NCBI GenBank assembly: GCA_963721805.1
Contig: CAVRJY010000001.1
Coordinates: 992,001 to 1,056,000, forward strand
Direction: 5' to 3'
Source of the DNA: Nitrospirota bacterium
Lineage (GTDB): Bacteria > Nitrospirota > Thermodesulfovibrionia > Thermodesulfovibrionales > JdFR-86
Length of the DNA stretch: 64,000 nt
A model generated the notes under the pieces. That model was given only the letters and a program-made list of their open reading frames with translations, was not told the origin of the DNA and did not search any database. Shown here one piece after another: positions 51,425 through 60,825 of the stretch. Each line of letters opens with the position of its first letter. The stretch's first letter is position 1. The position numbers and the translations under genes are program-made.

Positions 51425-52195
51425 GTGGAGCTCAGCCCTGCCCAGAGTGAACGCTACGGCCGGCACCTCGTGCTCGCCGGTGTGGGGATCGAGGGGCAGC
51501 GGAAGTTATCAGAGGCCCGCGTGCTCATCGTCGGCGCGGGCGGGCTCGGCTGTCCGATAGGATTCTATCTTGCGGCCGCTGGCGTAGGCAACATAACGCT
51601 TGTCGATAACGACCTCGTAGAGCTTGGCAACCTCCAGCGCCAGATAGCCCACCGGACGGATAAGATCGGAACGCCGAAGGTGCTATCGCTACGTGACGCG
51701 ATGCTCGGGCTGAATCCAGAGATACGGGTAACGCCGGTGCAGGAGCGCCTCGGTCCGGAGAACGCGGAACGGCTCATAAAGGGCCATGATGTCGTGGTCG
51801 ATGCCTCGGACAACTTCCCTACGCGTTTCCTGATTAACGACATCTGCGTGCTGATGGGCATCAGGCTCGTCACCGGCGCGGTATCCGGATATGAGGGCCA
51901 GGCGATGACCGTGCTGCCGCCCGAGACCGCATGCTACCGCTGCGTATTCGAGGCCCCGCCGCCCTATGGCGCCGTACCGTCGCCAGACGTCGTTGGGCTG
52001 CTAAGCACGATCCCAGGCGTGATAGGCACTATCCAGGCCACCGAGGTGCTGAAGCTGATCCTCGGCATAGGTGAGACGCTCGCCGGCCGGCTGTTGATCT
52101 TCGATGCGCTTGCGATGCGATTCCGCACGGTGCCGGTAGGCCGCAACCCCGCCTGCGCGGTATGTGGCGAGACGCCGCCGACCAAAACTATTTAA
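51425..52195 (+). CDS. moeB: MoeB/ThiF-family adenylyltransferase
   Basis: RYGRH, GAGGLG, NLQRQ, CYRC, CAVC. Confidence 0.88.
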   Translation: MELSPAQSERYGRHLVLAGVGIEGQRKLSEARVLIVGAGGLGCPIGFYLAAAGVGNITLVDNDLVELGNLQRQIAHRTDKIGTPKVLSLRDAMLGLNPEIRVTPVQERLGPENAERLIKGHDVVVDASDNFPTRFLINDICVLMGIRLVTGAVSGYEGQAMTVLPPETACYRCVFEAPPPYGAVPSPDVVGLLSTIPGVIGTIQATEVLKLILGIGETLAGRLLIFDALAMRFRTVPVGRNPACAVCGETPPTKTI

Positions 52196-52209
52196 AGGAG
52201 GCCCCTGCG

Positions 52210-52635
52210 GTGCTTGATGAGCTAAAGCCCGGCCTGACGTTCGAGTTTCAATACACGGTGCCCGATAACCGGACGGTCGCGGCCCTGCTGCCTGAGTCAG
52301 AGGAGTTTCAGGAGATGCCGGAAGTATTCGCGACCGGCTACATGGTCGGTATCTTCGAGTGGGCCTGCGTCAGGGCTATAAAGCCATTCCTGGACTGGCC
52401 GAAGGAGCAGACGGTTGGTGTGCATGTCTGTTTCAGCCACATAGCCGCGACCCCTCCGGGCATGACCGTGACAGTCAAGGGCAGGCTCGATAAGGTCGAG
52501 GGCCGCAAGCTTGGTTTTTCGCTCGAGGCTCATGACGGCGTGGACAAGATCTCCGAGGGCACACACGAGAGGTTCGTGATCTACCCCGAGAAGTTTAACG
52601 TCAAGGCAAGGGAAAAGCTCAAGGCGGGCGGATAA
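52210..52635 (+). CDS. FlK-family hot-dog thioesterase
   Basis: VFATGYMVGIFE, TVG, HIAATPPG, GTHERF. Confidence 0.88.
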   Translation: MLDELKPGLTFEFQYTVPDNRTVAALLPESEEFQEMPEVFATGYMVGIFEWACVRAIKPFLDWPKEQTVGVHVCFSHIAATPPGMTVTVKGRLDKVEGRKLGFSLEAHDGVDKISEGTHERFVIYPEKFNVKAREKLKAGG

Positions 52636-52675
52636 ACCTAGCAAACCTCTGAGAACCAGCATTGAAGCTGATTGC

Positions 52676-53191
52676 TTATTTCGTTATCCAGATTTTATCG
52701 TTTTCATGCGCTCTGTTAACAAACGAACGCATTCTGTTGATATCATTCCATTCCATAAGTTTTGTGGACTCGTCCCACTCTTTCGCCGCCTCTTCGGTAA
52801 GTCCGATGTTTTCTGTTGCTTCTGCAAGACGACCAAGATTCATTGCATAATCGATTCTGTCGGCTTTTTCTTGATTGGGTATTTTAATTATTCGCTCCAT
52901 GACCAGAGGAGCAAATGGAAACGATAATGTCCACGCGGTCTTCATATCTTCAAATGTTTTTAGTTTGCCCATGTGTGATGAATCGGCAATATTAGTTCTA
53001 TATATGAACTCAGCGTATTTATCACCGTCTTTGTGAGCAATAGCTGCAAGCTTCTCTTGCTCTACATAATAACTTATCCTTATGCATTCAACTGAAACCT
53101 TATATGCCCGCGCCGAGAGATACCCCATGATGAGCACACCGACAAGGATGCCAGCAATAAACAGAGTTGCATAACGCAGATATTTCATCAA
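52676..53191 (-). CDS. AT-rich hypothetical membrane-anchored protein
   Basis: N-terminal TM; composition differs from neighbours. Confidence 0.65.
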   Translation of the reverse strand: MMKYLRYATLFIAGILVGVLIMGYLSARAYKVSVECIRISYYVEQEKLAAIAHKDGDKYAEFIYRTNIADSSHMGKLKTFEDMKTAWTLSFPFAPLVMERIIKIPNQEKADRIDYAMNLGRLAEATENIGLTEEAAKEWDESTKLMEWNDINRMRSFVNRAHENDKIWITK

Positions 53192-53286
53192 CGTATGGTA
53201 ATCGGTGAATAATTATATGTCAATGCTGTTGTCGCTCAGTGGTGGCATTCAATGGAATCAAAAAGATAGCGGAAGACCCTTAGCTA

Positions 53287-53477
53287 TTGACAGTTAAGAG
53301 CAGTCTGTGATAAATTTTCGCATGCTGCATGACAACAAGATAGCCGCCTCAAGCGATATCCATTCTGCTCGAGCTACGCGCGCAAGCTCCGTAGCCTTGG
53401 GGTGTCTGCTTAGCTAGTATTTATACTTAGATAACATAACCCATTAAGGCCACGGAATATAAACCGTGGCCTTTTTT
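53287..53477 (+). promoter_or_regulatory. sigma-70 promoter + uORF + attenuator upstream of the PhzF-family gene
   Basis: TTGACA-N18-TAAATT; 31-aa uORF 53322-53417; terminator AAGGCCACGG/CCGTGGCCTT + T-run; alternative pairing segments. Confidence 0.75.
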
Positions 53478-53499
53478 ATTTTGTAAAGGAGGGCTGGAC

Positions 53500-54291
53500 A
53501 TGAGGATTTATCAGGTAGACGTATTTACGGACAGGGTGTTTTCGGGAAACCCGGCAGGGGTGTGCGTATTAAACGAGCCTGCCTCAGAGATTTGGATGCA
53601 AAACGTCGCCGCTGAGATGAACCTCTCCGAGACGGCGTATCTCGTGAGGGAGGCAGATGCGTTCCGGCTGCGGTGGTTCACTCCGAAAAAGGAGGTCGAT
53701 CTTTGCGGGCATGCCACATTGGCCAGCGCGCACGTGTTGTGGGAATCCGGAGCGCTTTCGCCGGGCGATGAGGCGCGGTTCATCTCCAAAAGCGGTCCGT
53801 TGAGCGCATCGAGAAATGGGGAGCATATAGTGCTCGATTTCCCCTCCGAGGAGGACTCCGAGAGCGCCGCCCCCGTTGAGCTGACAGCAGGGCTCGGCGT
53901 TGAGCTGAAATATGTGGGGAGAAACCGCATGGACTATGTCGTGGAGGTCGCGTCAGAGGCAATGGTGCGTTCGCTCAAGCCCGACCTTCAGAGGCTAAAG
54001 AGGCTCGACGTACGGGGCGTCATTGTAACTAGCATCGCGGATAGCGGGGGTGTAGACTTTGTCTCGCGGTTCTTTGCTCCAGCATACGGAATTGACGAGG
54101 ACCCGGTGACCGGTTCCGCGCATTGCTGTCTTGGCCCGTACTGGAAGCGCAGGCTCCACAAGGATGAGTTCTCGGCTTATCAGGCATCGGCAAGGGGAGG
54201 ATACCTGAGCGTCAAGGTGGGCCAAGGCAGGATATACATTGGTGGCAAGGCGATCACTGTCTTTGCCGCCGACATGCGGGCAGGCAGCTGA
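53500..54291 (+). CDS. PhzF-family isomerase
   Basis: VDVFT..GNPA, NLSETA, EVDLCGHATLA, EDPVTGSA. Confidence 0.93.
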   Translation: MRIYQVDVFTDRVFSGNPAGVCVLNEPASEIWMQNVAAEMNLSETAYLVREADAFRLRWFTPKKEVDLCGHATLASAHVLWESGALSPGDEARFISKSGPLSASRNGEHIVLDFPSEEDSESAAPVELTAGLGVELKYVGRNRMDYVVEVASEAMVRSLKPDLQRLKRLDVRGVIVTSIADSGGVDFVSRFFAPAYGIDEDPVTGSAHCCLGPYWKRRLHKDEFSAYQASARGGYLSVKVGQGRIYIGGKAITVFAADMRAGS

Positions 54292-54303
54292 TAAGAGCCG
54301 GCC

Positions 54304-54870
54304 TCAGCCCCTTGGCTTGGCGAGGATCTCGAGCACCTTAAGCTCCAGAAACCGCTTCGAGACCGCGCTTCTGACGACCATGACCGTATCGGCGCCGTAG
54401 GCCGTGCCCGCCACGCAGATGACCTCTTCCTTCTCCGGGATCAGCCCCGAATCGGCTGCCATCATCACGCACTCCAGCCCGACCTTCGCGCCATCTCCGA
54501 ACCGCCTGAGCGAGTTGGCGACGACGGTCGTGAGATATGAGCCGCTGAACTTGCCCGAAAACGCGGTGTCCAGCGAATGCGTGACCATCGTGCCGGTCTG
54601 CACTCGCGCCCCGTGCGACTCGATCCGCTTTCGGATCTCCTCGGGCATCTCGCTGGAGTTAGGCTCCCTGAACCCGTAGGAGTGGGTTATGACCACGAGG
54701 TTCACCGACGCGCCTAGTGCCTCGGCCATAGCGAGCCCGGTCGTGCCGGTGGTAGATGCGACTACGACGTGCTTGTATCCGTCCGAGGCGCACGCTGCCT
54801 TGACCAGCGCCACGCAGTCCTCGGTATTGTCCTTGCCCGGCTTCTCGAAGTAGACGATTTTCTTTTCCAT
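54304..54870 (-). CDS. Pyruvate-kinase C-terminal-like domain protein
   Basis: YFEKPGKDNT, VVASTTGTT, MAADSG, GADT. Confidence 0.8.
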   Translation of the reverse strand: MEKKIVYFEKPGKDNTEDCVALVKAACASDGYKHVVVASTTGTTGLAMAEALGASVNLVVITHSYGFREPNSSEMPEEIRKRIESHGARVQTGTMVTHSLDTAFSGKFSGSYLTTVVANSLRRFGDGAKVGLECVMMAADSGLIPEKEEVICVAGTAYGADTVMVVRSAVSKRFLELKVLEILAKPRG

Positions 54871-54886
54871 GCCCCATTATACCCAT

Positions 54887-54924
54887 AAAACAAAGGCCCC
54901 GCAACTTCTAAAGGCTGCGGGGCC
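54887..54924 (-). terminator. Intrinsic terminator after the acyl-CoA dehydrogenase
   Basis: GGCCCCGCA..TGCGGGGCC stem followed by TTTGTTTT on the minus strand. Confidence 0.7.
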
Positions 54925-54945
54925 GGATGGTTTGTTAAACGCGGG

Positions 54946-56109
54946 CTACTTGCTCTTGGACGCCGCCTCTTTTATCAGGGCCTGGCCGATGACGTTGCGC
55001 TGGATCTGGTTCGTACCCTCGTAGATCTGGAGTATCTTGGCGTCGCGCATCATCTTCTCCACCGGGTACTCGCGCATATAGCCCGAGCCGCCCATGACCT
55101 GCACCGCGTTGGTCGTGACCTTCATGCAGACGTCCGTGGCGAAGACCTTGGCCATCGCCGAGAGCTTGGAGTAGTCCTTGCCCCCGCCGTCGATGAAGCG
55201 GGCGACTGAGTATACGAGGGCCCTTGCGGCCTCGGTCTCGGTGGCCATGTCCGCGAGCATGTGCTGCACGGCCTGAAAGCTGATGATCGGCTGGCCGAAC
55301 TGCACGCGCTGGCGGGCGAACTTGATCGCCTCGTCGATCGCGCCCTGCGCCACCCCGACGCCCTGCGCGCCAACGCCCACGCGGGCCTGGTCGAGCGTCT
55401 TCATCGCGACGATGAAGCCCATGCCCTCCTTGGCGATGAGGTTGGCCTTGGGGATGCGGCAGTTCTGAAACACGAGCTCGCGGGTCGAGGAGCAGCGGAT
55501 GCCCATCTTCTTTTCCTTCTTGCCGAAGGTGAAGCCCGGCGTGTCCTTCTCGACGATGAACGCCGAGGCGCCGCGCGCGCCCTTTGAGCGGTCGGTGATA
55601 GCGATGATCGTGTAGATCTCGGCCTCGCCGCCGTTGGTGATCCACTGCTTGGTGCCGTTCAGGACGTACTCGTCGCCGTCGAGCTTGGCGGTCGTCTGGA
55701 TGCCGGCCGCGTCCGATCCGGCGTTGGCCTCGGTGAGGCCGAACGCGACGAGCCGCTTGCCGGTGGCTATGTCGGGCAGGTATTTCTTTTTCTGGCCGTC
55801 CGTGCCGAAAAGCAGTATCGGGTAGGTCCCTAACGCGTTTGCGGCATACGTGGTAGCGACGCCGAGGCAGGCCTTCGAGAGTTCCTCGACCGCGAGGCAG
55901 AGCTCGACGCTCCCCATGCCGAGGCCGCCGTACTCCGACGGCACGAATATGCCGAGCAGGTCGGACTGCGATATGACCTTTATGACCTCCCAGGGGAACT
56001 CCTCATGCTCGTCGAGGTGCTCGCGGACGGGTACGATCTTCTCGACCGCTATCTGGCGGGCCGTGTCCCTAATCATCAGCTGCTCTTCGGTCATAAACAG
56101 TTCCTGCAT
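54946..56109 (-). CDS. Acyl-CoA dehydrogenase
   Basis: FGLTEANAGSD, NGTKQWITNG, RVQFG, IYEGTNQI. Confidence 0.95.
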   Translation of the reverse strand: MQELFMTEEQLMIRDTARQIAVEKIVPVREHLDEHEEFPWEVIKVISQSDLLGIFVPSEYGGLGMGSVELCLAVEELSKACLGVATTYAANALGTYPILLFGTDGQKKKYLPDIATGKRLVAFGLTEANAGSDAAGIQTTAKLDGDEYVLNGTKQWITNGGEAEIYTIIAITDRSKGARGASAFIVEKDTPGFTFGKKEKKMGIRCSSTRELVFQNCRIPKANLIAKEGMGFIVAMKTLDQARVGVGAQGVGVAQGAIDEAIKFARQRVQFGQPIISFQAVQHMLADMATETEAARALVYSVARFIDGGGKDYSKLSAMAKVFATDVCMKVTTNAVQVMGGSGYMREYPVEKMMRDAKILQIYEGTNQIQRNVIGQALIKEAASKSK

Positions 56110-56145
56110 TACTCGCCTCCGAACCTGCAATCTTTATTTTTCTTC

Positions 56146-56883
56146 CTAGTCGATGTTGATGAGGTACTTGGCAGCGACGGACTCAAGCGTCACCTCGGAC
56201 GCCTTGCCTGCGGCTATCTGGCGCAGGGCCGCGAGGTCCGAGGCCCATGCGAGGTTGCCGGGCGCCAGGATGCAGCGCGATCCGGCCGTGTACTTGGTCG
56301 ATAGCCTGCCCTCGGCTGTGTAGTAGTACGTGACGTCCTCCCTGAGCTCGTCGACCGGGTAGCGCCGCATTGATGGCGGGAAGTCCGACGGCGTAAACCA
56401 GAGCTTCGTCTCGCGCTCGGCGTCCGCTAGGTTCGCCGAGGCGTGGATGAGGTTGTCCATGCGATCCCCGATGATCTTCCCCGAGGCGTCCTTGATGTTG
56501 ACTATCGTGCCCAGGGAACGGATCGAGCCGGGCTTTTCCTCGCGCGCGACGTGCGGGTTCGTCGGGCCGCAGATGTCGCGTATCTGCTTGACCGCATTCG
56601 GGCCCTGATACACGAGCGCTATCGTCCTGCGCCTCTCGGGCGCGTCGGGGTAGTGCAGCTCACCGGCGATGTACTCAAGCAGCGAGGGGTAGAAGACTTT
56701 GCCCTTGTGCTCGGCGTAGTGCTCGGCCGCGAGCATCCCGTTAACCTTCACGACCTTGGCCGCGCTGAAGCGCAGGCCGGTATGGAACTCAGAGAGCTGC
56801 GAGAGTATATAGCCGGTGAGTGAGTTTTTCATCGCGTCGGGCTTGATGAGTACCAGCGTCTGTTCCTTGTTGAGCTCTGTCAT
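56146..56883 (-). CDS. ndk: Nucleoside-diphosphate kinase-like, extended
   Basis: TLVLIKPD, HYAEH, GPTNP, PGSIR, NLIHAS. Confidence 0.8.
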   Translation of the reverse strand: MTELNKEQTLVLIKPDAMKNSLTGYILSQLSEFHTGLRFSAAKVVKVNGMLAAEHYAEHKGKVFYPSLLEYIAGELHYPDAPERRRTIALVYQGPNAVKQIRDICGPTNPHVAREEKPGSIRSLGTIVNIKDASGKIIGDRMDNLIHASANLADAERETKLWFTPSDFPPSMRRYPVDELREDVTYYYTAEGRLSTKYTAGSRCILAPGNLAWASDLAALRQIAAGKASEVTLESVAAKYLINID

Positions 56884-56908
56884 CCTGTGATCCCTTTCGT
56901 CCGGCAGC

Positions 56909-57838
56909 CTAATTGCCTTCGAGGCTGCTTATAAGTTTTCTGGTCGCCTCGGCCGAGGCCTCAAGCAGCCTGACCTCGTCTTGCGTGAGGCTGATTTCGA
57001 CTATGCGCTCGACGCCGTCTTTGCCTAGCACAGTCGGCGCGCCGAAGAATATGTCGCTTATGCCGTACTGGCCGGTGAGGTACACCGAGCAGGGCAGCAT
57101 GCGCTTTTCGTCGAGGATTATCGAGCGGACCATCTCGAACGTAGCTGCCGCCGGGGCGTAAAACGCGCTCCCGTGCTTGAGCAGGGCCACGATCTCGGCC
57201 CCGCCGTTTTGGGTGCGCCTGATCAGCTCCGCAATGCGCTCGGGGCTGAACAGTTCGGTGACCGGTATGCCCTTGACCGTCGTGTACTTCGGCATCGGCA
57301 CCATCTGGTCGCCGTGGCCGCCCATCACGAGCGCCTCGACGTCGCGCACCGAGACCCCGGCCTCCCACGCCACAAAGGTGCGGAACCGCGTGGCGTCCAG
57401 TACGCCGCCCATCCCGATGACGCGATGCTGCGAGAGCTGCGCGCTCTTAAACGCGAGCTGCGCCATCACGTCCATCGGGTTCGTCACGATGATGAAGATT
57501 GCGTCTGGCGAGAATTTCGCGGTGCTCAAGGCCACGTCCTTGACGATCTTTGCGTTGGCGTGCAGGAGGTCGTCGCGGGACATGCCGGGTTTGCGGGCGA
57601 GCCCGGCCGTGATTACGACGATGTCGGAGTCGCGCGTCTCGTCGTAGTGCGTCGTGCCGCGTACCGATGCGGATGAGCCCCAGAGCGGGCAGGCCTCGGC
57701 CATGTCCAGGGCCTTGCCTTCGGCAAGGCCGTCCACCACGTCGAACATCATTACGTCCGCAAGCCCCGAGGCCGTGATGAGCTGTACGAGCGAGGCCCCG
57801 ACGTTTCCAGCGCCTACCACTGTGATTTTTCTTTTCAT
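56909..57838 (-). CDS. mdh: Malate dehydrogenase (LDH-like)
   Basis: GAGNVG, RKPGMSRDDL, NPMD, GGHGD. Confidence 0.93.
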   Translation of the reverse strand: MKRKITVVGAGNVGASLVQLITASGLADVMMFDVVDGLAEGKALDMAEACPLWGSSASVRGTTHYDETRDSDIVVITAGLARKPGMSRDDLLHANAKIVKDVALSTAKFSPDAIFIIVTNPMDVMAQLAFKSAQLSQHRVIGMGGVLDATRFRTFVAWEAGVSVRDVEALVMGGHGDQMVPMPKYTTVKGIPVTELFSPERIAELIRRTQNGGAEIVALLKHGSAFYAPAAATFEMVRSIILDEKRMLPCSVYLTGQYGISDIFFGAPTVLGKDGVERIVEISLTQDEVRLLEASAEATRKLISSLEGN

Positions 57839-57901
57839 AGAAGCCCCTATTATATATGCATTACAGTTGGAATCTCAAGGAGTTATAGACTAAAATAGCA
57901 T

Positions 57902-58501
57902 ATGAAACGATATATATTGGGCTTTAGCGGCGCAAGCGGCCAGATATTCGGCTTGGCGGTCCTGGGCGGACTGCTCAGCTCGGGGGCCGAGGTCCACGTC
58001 GTGGCCTCTCCAAACGCGCTTGGGATGCTCCGCGACGAGTGCGGCAGGGACTGGGCCGGAGGCACCCCCGCCGGTATCGCGGAGAAGATCTCGGCGGAGT
58101 TTTCATCCCCGAACGTGCGCTACTGGGACTCCGGCGACCTCGCGGCCCCGATCTCGAGCGGCTCGTTTAAGACCGACGGGATGCTCGTCGTGCCGTGTTC
58201 GGTCAAGACGCTCGCGGGGATCGCCAACGGGTATGCCGGCACGCTGATCGAACGCGCCGCGGACGTGACGATAAAGGAGGGAAGGCGGCTCCTGATCTCG
58301 CCGCGCGAGATGCCGTTTAGCGCGATACACCTCGAAAACATGCTGAAGCTCGCTCGCCTCGGGGTCGTCATAGCCCCGCCGGTCCCGGCGTTCTACCACG
58401 GGGCGCGAGACCTCGACGGGGTGGTGGACTTCGTGGCCGGTAAGATACTGGACGCCTTCGGGGTGCCGCATGAGTTATTTAAACCGTGGGGCGGCGCGTA
58501 A
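57902..58501 (+). CDS. ubiX: Flavin prenyltransferase
   Basis: SGASG, APISSGS, RAADV..KE, REMP, PAFY. Confidence 0.93.
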   Translation: MKRYILGFSGASGQIFGLAVLGGLLSSGAEVHVVASPNALGMLRDECGRDWAGGTPAGIAEKISAEFSSPNVRYWDSGDLAAPISSGSFKTDGMLVVPCSVKTLAGIANGYAGTLIERAADVTIKEGRRLLISPREMPFSAIHLENMLKLARLGVVIAPPVPAFYHGARDLDGVVDFVAGKILDAFGVPHELFKPWGGA

Positions 58502-58551
58502 TTATGACGCGCGTCATGGCGGGCCGTTTGGCGTGGTGGTAGGATAAAGGC

Positions 58552-58800
58552 ATGCTGAAAGACGGATGTCCAGGAAGCGCCGAGATCAGGGCCCCGTACC
58601 CCGAGGAGCTGATGTGCCCCCACTGCCACACGCGCAATGAGATCTGGAGCGACGAGCCCGATATGATATGCAAGGGCTGCGGCCGGAGCATCGACCGCGA
58701 GATGCGCTCATCGTGCATTCAGTGGTGCCCGCAGGCCAAGGACTGCGTTGGCGCTGCGAAATACGAACGCCTGATGGCGGCCTTCAAGTCCCAGAAGTAG
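58552..58800 (+). CDS. Small Cys-rich protein
   Basis: CPG, CPHC, EIWSDE, CKGC, CIQWC..AKDC. Confidence 0.8.
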   Translation: MLKDGCPGSAEIRAPYPEELMCPHCHTRNEIWSDEPDMICKGCGRSIDREMRSSCIQWCPQAKDCVGAAKYERLMAAFKSQK

Positions 58801-58824
58801 CGCCCCCAGCCCGGCGAAGGAGAG

Positions 58825-59376
58825 CTACTTCGAGGCCGCGGGCGGGCCGGTGAGCTTCTTGATCTCATCCTTTACTGACGCGGCGTTTGGCGCATTGGGG
58901 GCGAGTTCCAGATATTTCTCCAGCTCAGCCTTCGCGCCCTCTTTGTCCCCGGCATAAAAGGCCAGCGACAGGCCGAGGTTCAGGTGCGCATTGGTGTTGT
59001 TCGGGTCGAGCTCGATGGCCCTCCTGTATTCCTGCATCGACCGCACATCGTATCCGAGCCAGTGCAGGCAGGTGCCAAAATCCACGCGCACGTCGGCGTC
59101 ATCGGGTTTGATTTCCAGGGCCTTGTTATAGTTCTCGGCCGCCAGATTGTAGTCCTGCTCGTCCATGCTGAGGTTTCCGAGCCTTATCAGGGCATCGACG
59201 TTCTTCGGGTCTTTGCGGATCATTTCCTTGAGGCTGGCGATTTCCGCTTTCGTCTGCGCCTCCGTCATTGCCTTGGGCGCCGTTTCCGGATTGGCGGTTG
59301 AGACATCGGCGGGCTTGTGCTGGCACCCGATCAGGGCCGCAAGCGCAACGGCCGCAAGGATCAATCTCATTTTCAT
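58825..59376 (-). CDS. TPR lipoprotein (paralog 2)
   Basis: Lipobox LIGC; three TPRs. Confidence 0.85.
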   Translation of the reverse strand: MKMRLILAAVALAALIGCQHKPADVSTANPETAPKAMTEAQTKAEIASLKEMIRKDPKNVDALIRLGNLSMDEQDYNLAAENYNKALEIKPDDADVRVDFGTCLHWLGYDVRSMQEYRRAIELDPNNTNAHLNLGLSLAFYAGDKEGAKAELEKYLELAPNAPNAASVKDEIKKLTGPPAASK

Positions 59377-59469
59377 ACTTTCCCTCTTATCGTACGGTCA
59401 GTCATGCTGATTAGCCCGCCCGGCTCAGGATGGGGGCCCCGGCGCGGTTTGCGGCCGGGCGCGGCCCCG

Positions 59470-60009
59470 CTATTTCGCCGGCGAGCCCTTGAGCTTCTCG
59501 ATCTCTTCTTTTACGGCAGCTGCGTTTGGCGCGTCGGGCGAGATCTCAAGGTATTTCGAGAACTCCGCGAGCGCCCCCTTGTTGTCCTTCAGGTCATACT
59601 CCATGACCACGCCCATGTTGAGGTGCGCGTTTAGGTGGCGCGGGTCGATCTCGATAGCCTTGCGGTATTCCTTGATCGCGTCCAGGGGGCGTCCGAGCCT
59701 GCGGTAGCAGGTGCCCATGTCCACGCGGACGTCGAGGTCCTTGGGGTCGATCGCGAGGGCCTGCTGGTAGCTGTCGACGGCCTCGGCGAAGCGGTTGCTG
59801 TCCATATAGAGGTTGCCGAGCTTGATCAGGGCGCCGGCGTTCCTGGGGTCCTTGCGCAGGATTTCGCGGTAAGCCTTGATGTCGTTGTCCGCGTCTCCCA
59901 TGGCCGGGGCGGCCTGGCCGCCGCCCTGCGTGACCGGGACGTCGGCCGACTTGTTCTGGCAGCCGAGCGCGACCGCCAACAGTAGAGCAGCAAGCAAAAA
60001 CTTTTTCAT
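59470..60009 (-). CDS. TPR lipoprotein (paralog 1)
   Basis: Lipobox ALGC; three TPRs. Confidence 0.85.
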   Translation of the reverse strand: MKKFLLAALLLAVALGCQNKSADVPVTQGGGQAAPAMGDADNDIKAYREILRKDPRNAGALIKLGNLYMDSNRFAEAVDSYQQALAIDPKDLDVRVDMGTCYRRLGRPLDAIKEYRKAIEIDPRHLNAHLNMGVVMEYDLKDNKGALAEFSKYLEISPDAPNAAAVKEEIEKLKGSPAK

Positions 60010-60027
60010 CGTTTACCTCCCTCAGGG

Positions 60028-60825
60028 CTATGCAGCGGGTATTATAACACCGAGCGCGACGAGCGCGATATACAGGACAGGACCGGCAAACAGCGCCCCG
60101 TCTATCTTGTCGAGCATCCCGCCGTGGCCGGGGATGAGAGCCCCGGAGTCCTTCACCCCGGCGTCGCGCTTGAACATCGACTCCACGAGGTCTCCGACTA
60201 TCGTGACCCCGCCTACGACGAACCCCGATACGGCCGCGTCGCGTGCCGCGAGCGTGGGGATCAGCAGGGCCTTGATCACGAGCGCCCCTGCGACGCCCCC
60301 GGCGAACGAGCCGACCGCGCCTGCGACGGTCTTGTTCGGGCTTATCGACGGGTACAGCTTGCGCCTGCCGATGCTCTTGCCGACGAAATACGCCATCGCG
60401 TCCGCGCCCCAGATAGAGGCCATGAGGTAGATGATCCACTCAGGCCCCTGGGCCCTAAGCGGGATGAACGCGGACATCATTAGCGGGATATAGACGATCC
60501 CGGTGATCACCGGGGCCACGTCGGAGAGCGACGATGCGGGGTTTCGCACCCCGAAGAGCCGCGTGCTCATCACGGCCATCGCCCCCAGCACCAGCACCGC
60601 CGCCATGTTGCCGTGAAGCTGTACCGCGGCTATCGCGAGCGCGCCCACCGCCACCCCGATCCGCCCGAGCGCGGGCCTTACGCGGTACATCTTGTAGAAC
60701 TCCAGCTGCGCCCACGCGGCGACGACGCCAACCAGCAGCGCGAGGTATCCGGCCGGGAGGCGCATGATATAAAAGTACATCGACGGCAGGACGATGGCCG
60801 CGGTTATGAGCCGGATGGCGAGCAT
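60028..60825 (-). CDS. cdsA: Phosphatidate cytidylyltransferase
   Basis: SPNKT, GDLVESMFKR, KDSG..IPGHGG..DKID. Confidence 0.95.
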   Translation of the reverse strand: MLAIRLITAAIVLPSMYFYIMRLPAGYLALLVGVVAAWAQLEFYKMYRVRPALGRIGVAVGALAIAAVQLHGNMAAVLVLGAMAVMSTRLFGVRNPASSLSDVAPVITGIVYIPLMMSAFIPLRAQGPEWIIYLMASIWGADAMAYFVGKSIGRRKLYPSISPNKTVAGAVGSFAGGVAGALVIKALLIPTLAARDAAVSGFVVGGVTIVGDLVESMFKRDAGVKDSGALIPGHGGMLDKIDGALFAGPVLYIALVALGVIIPAA

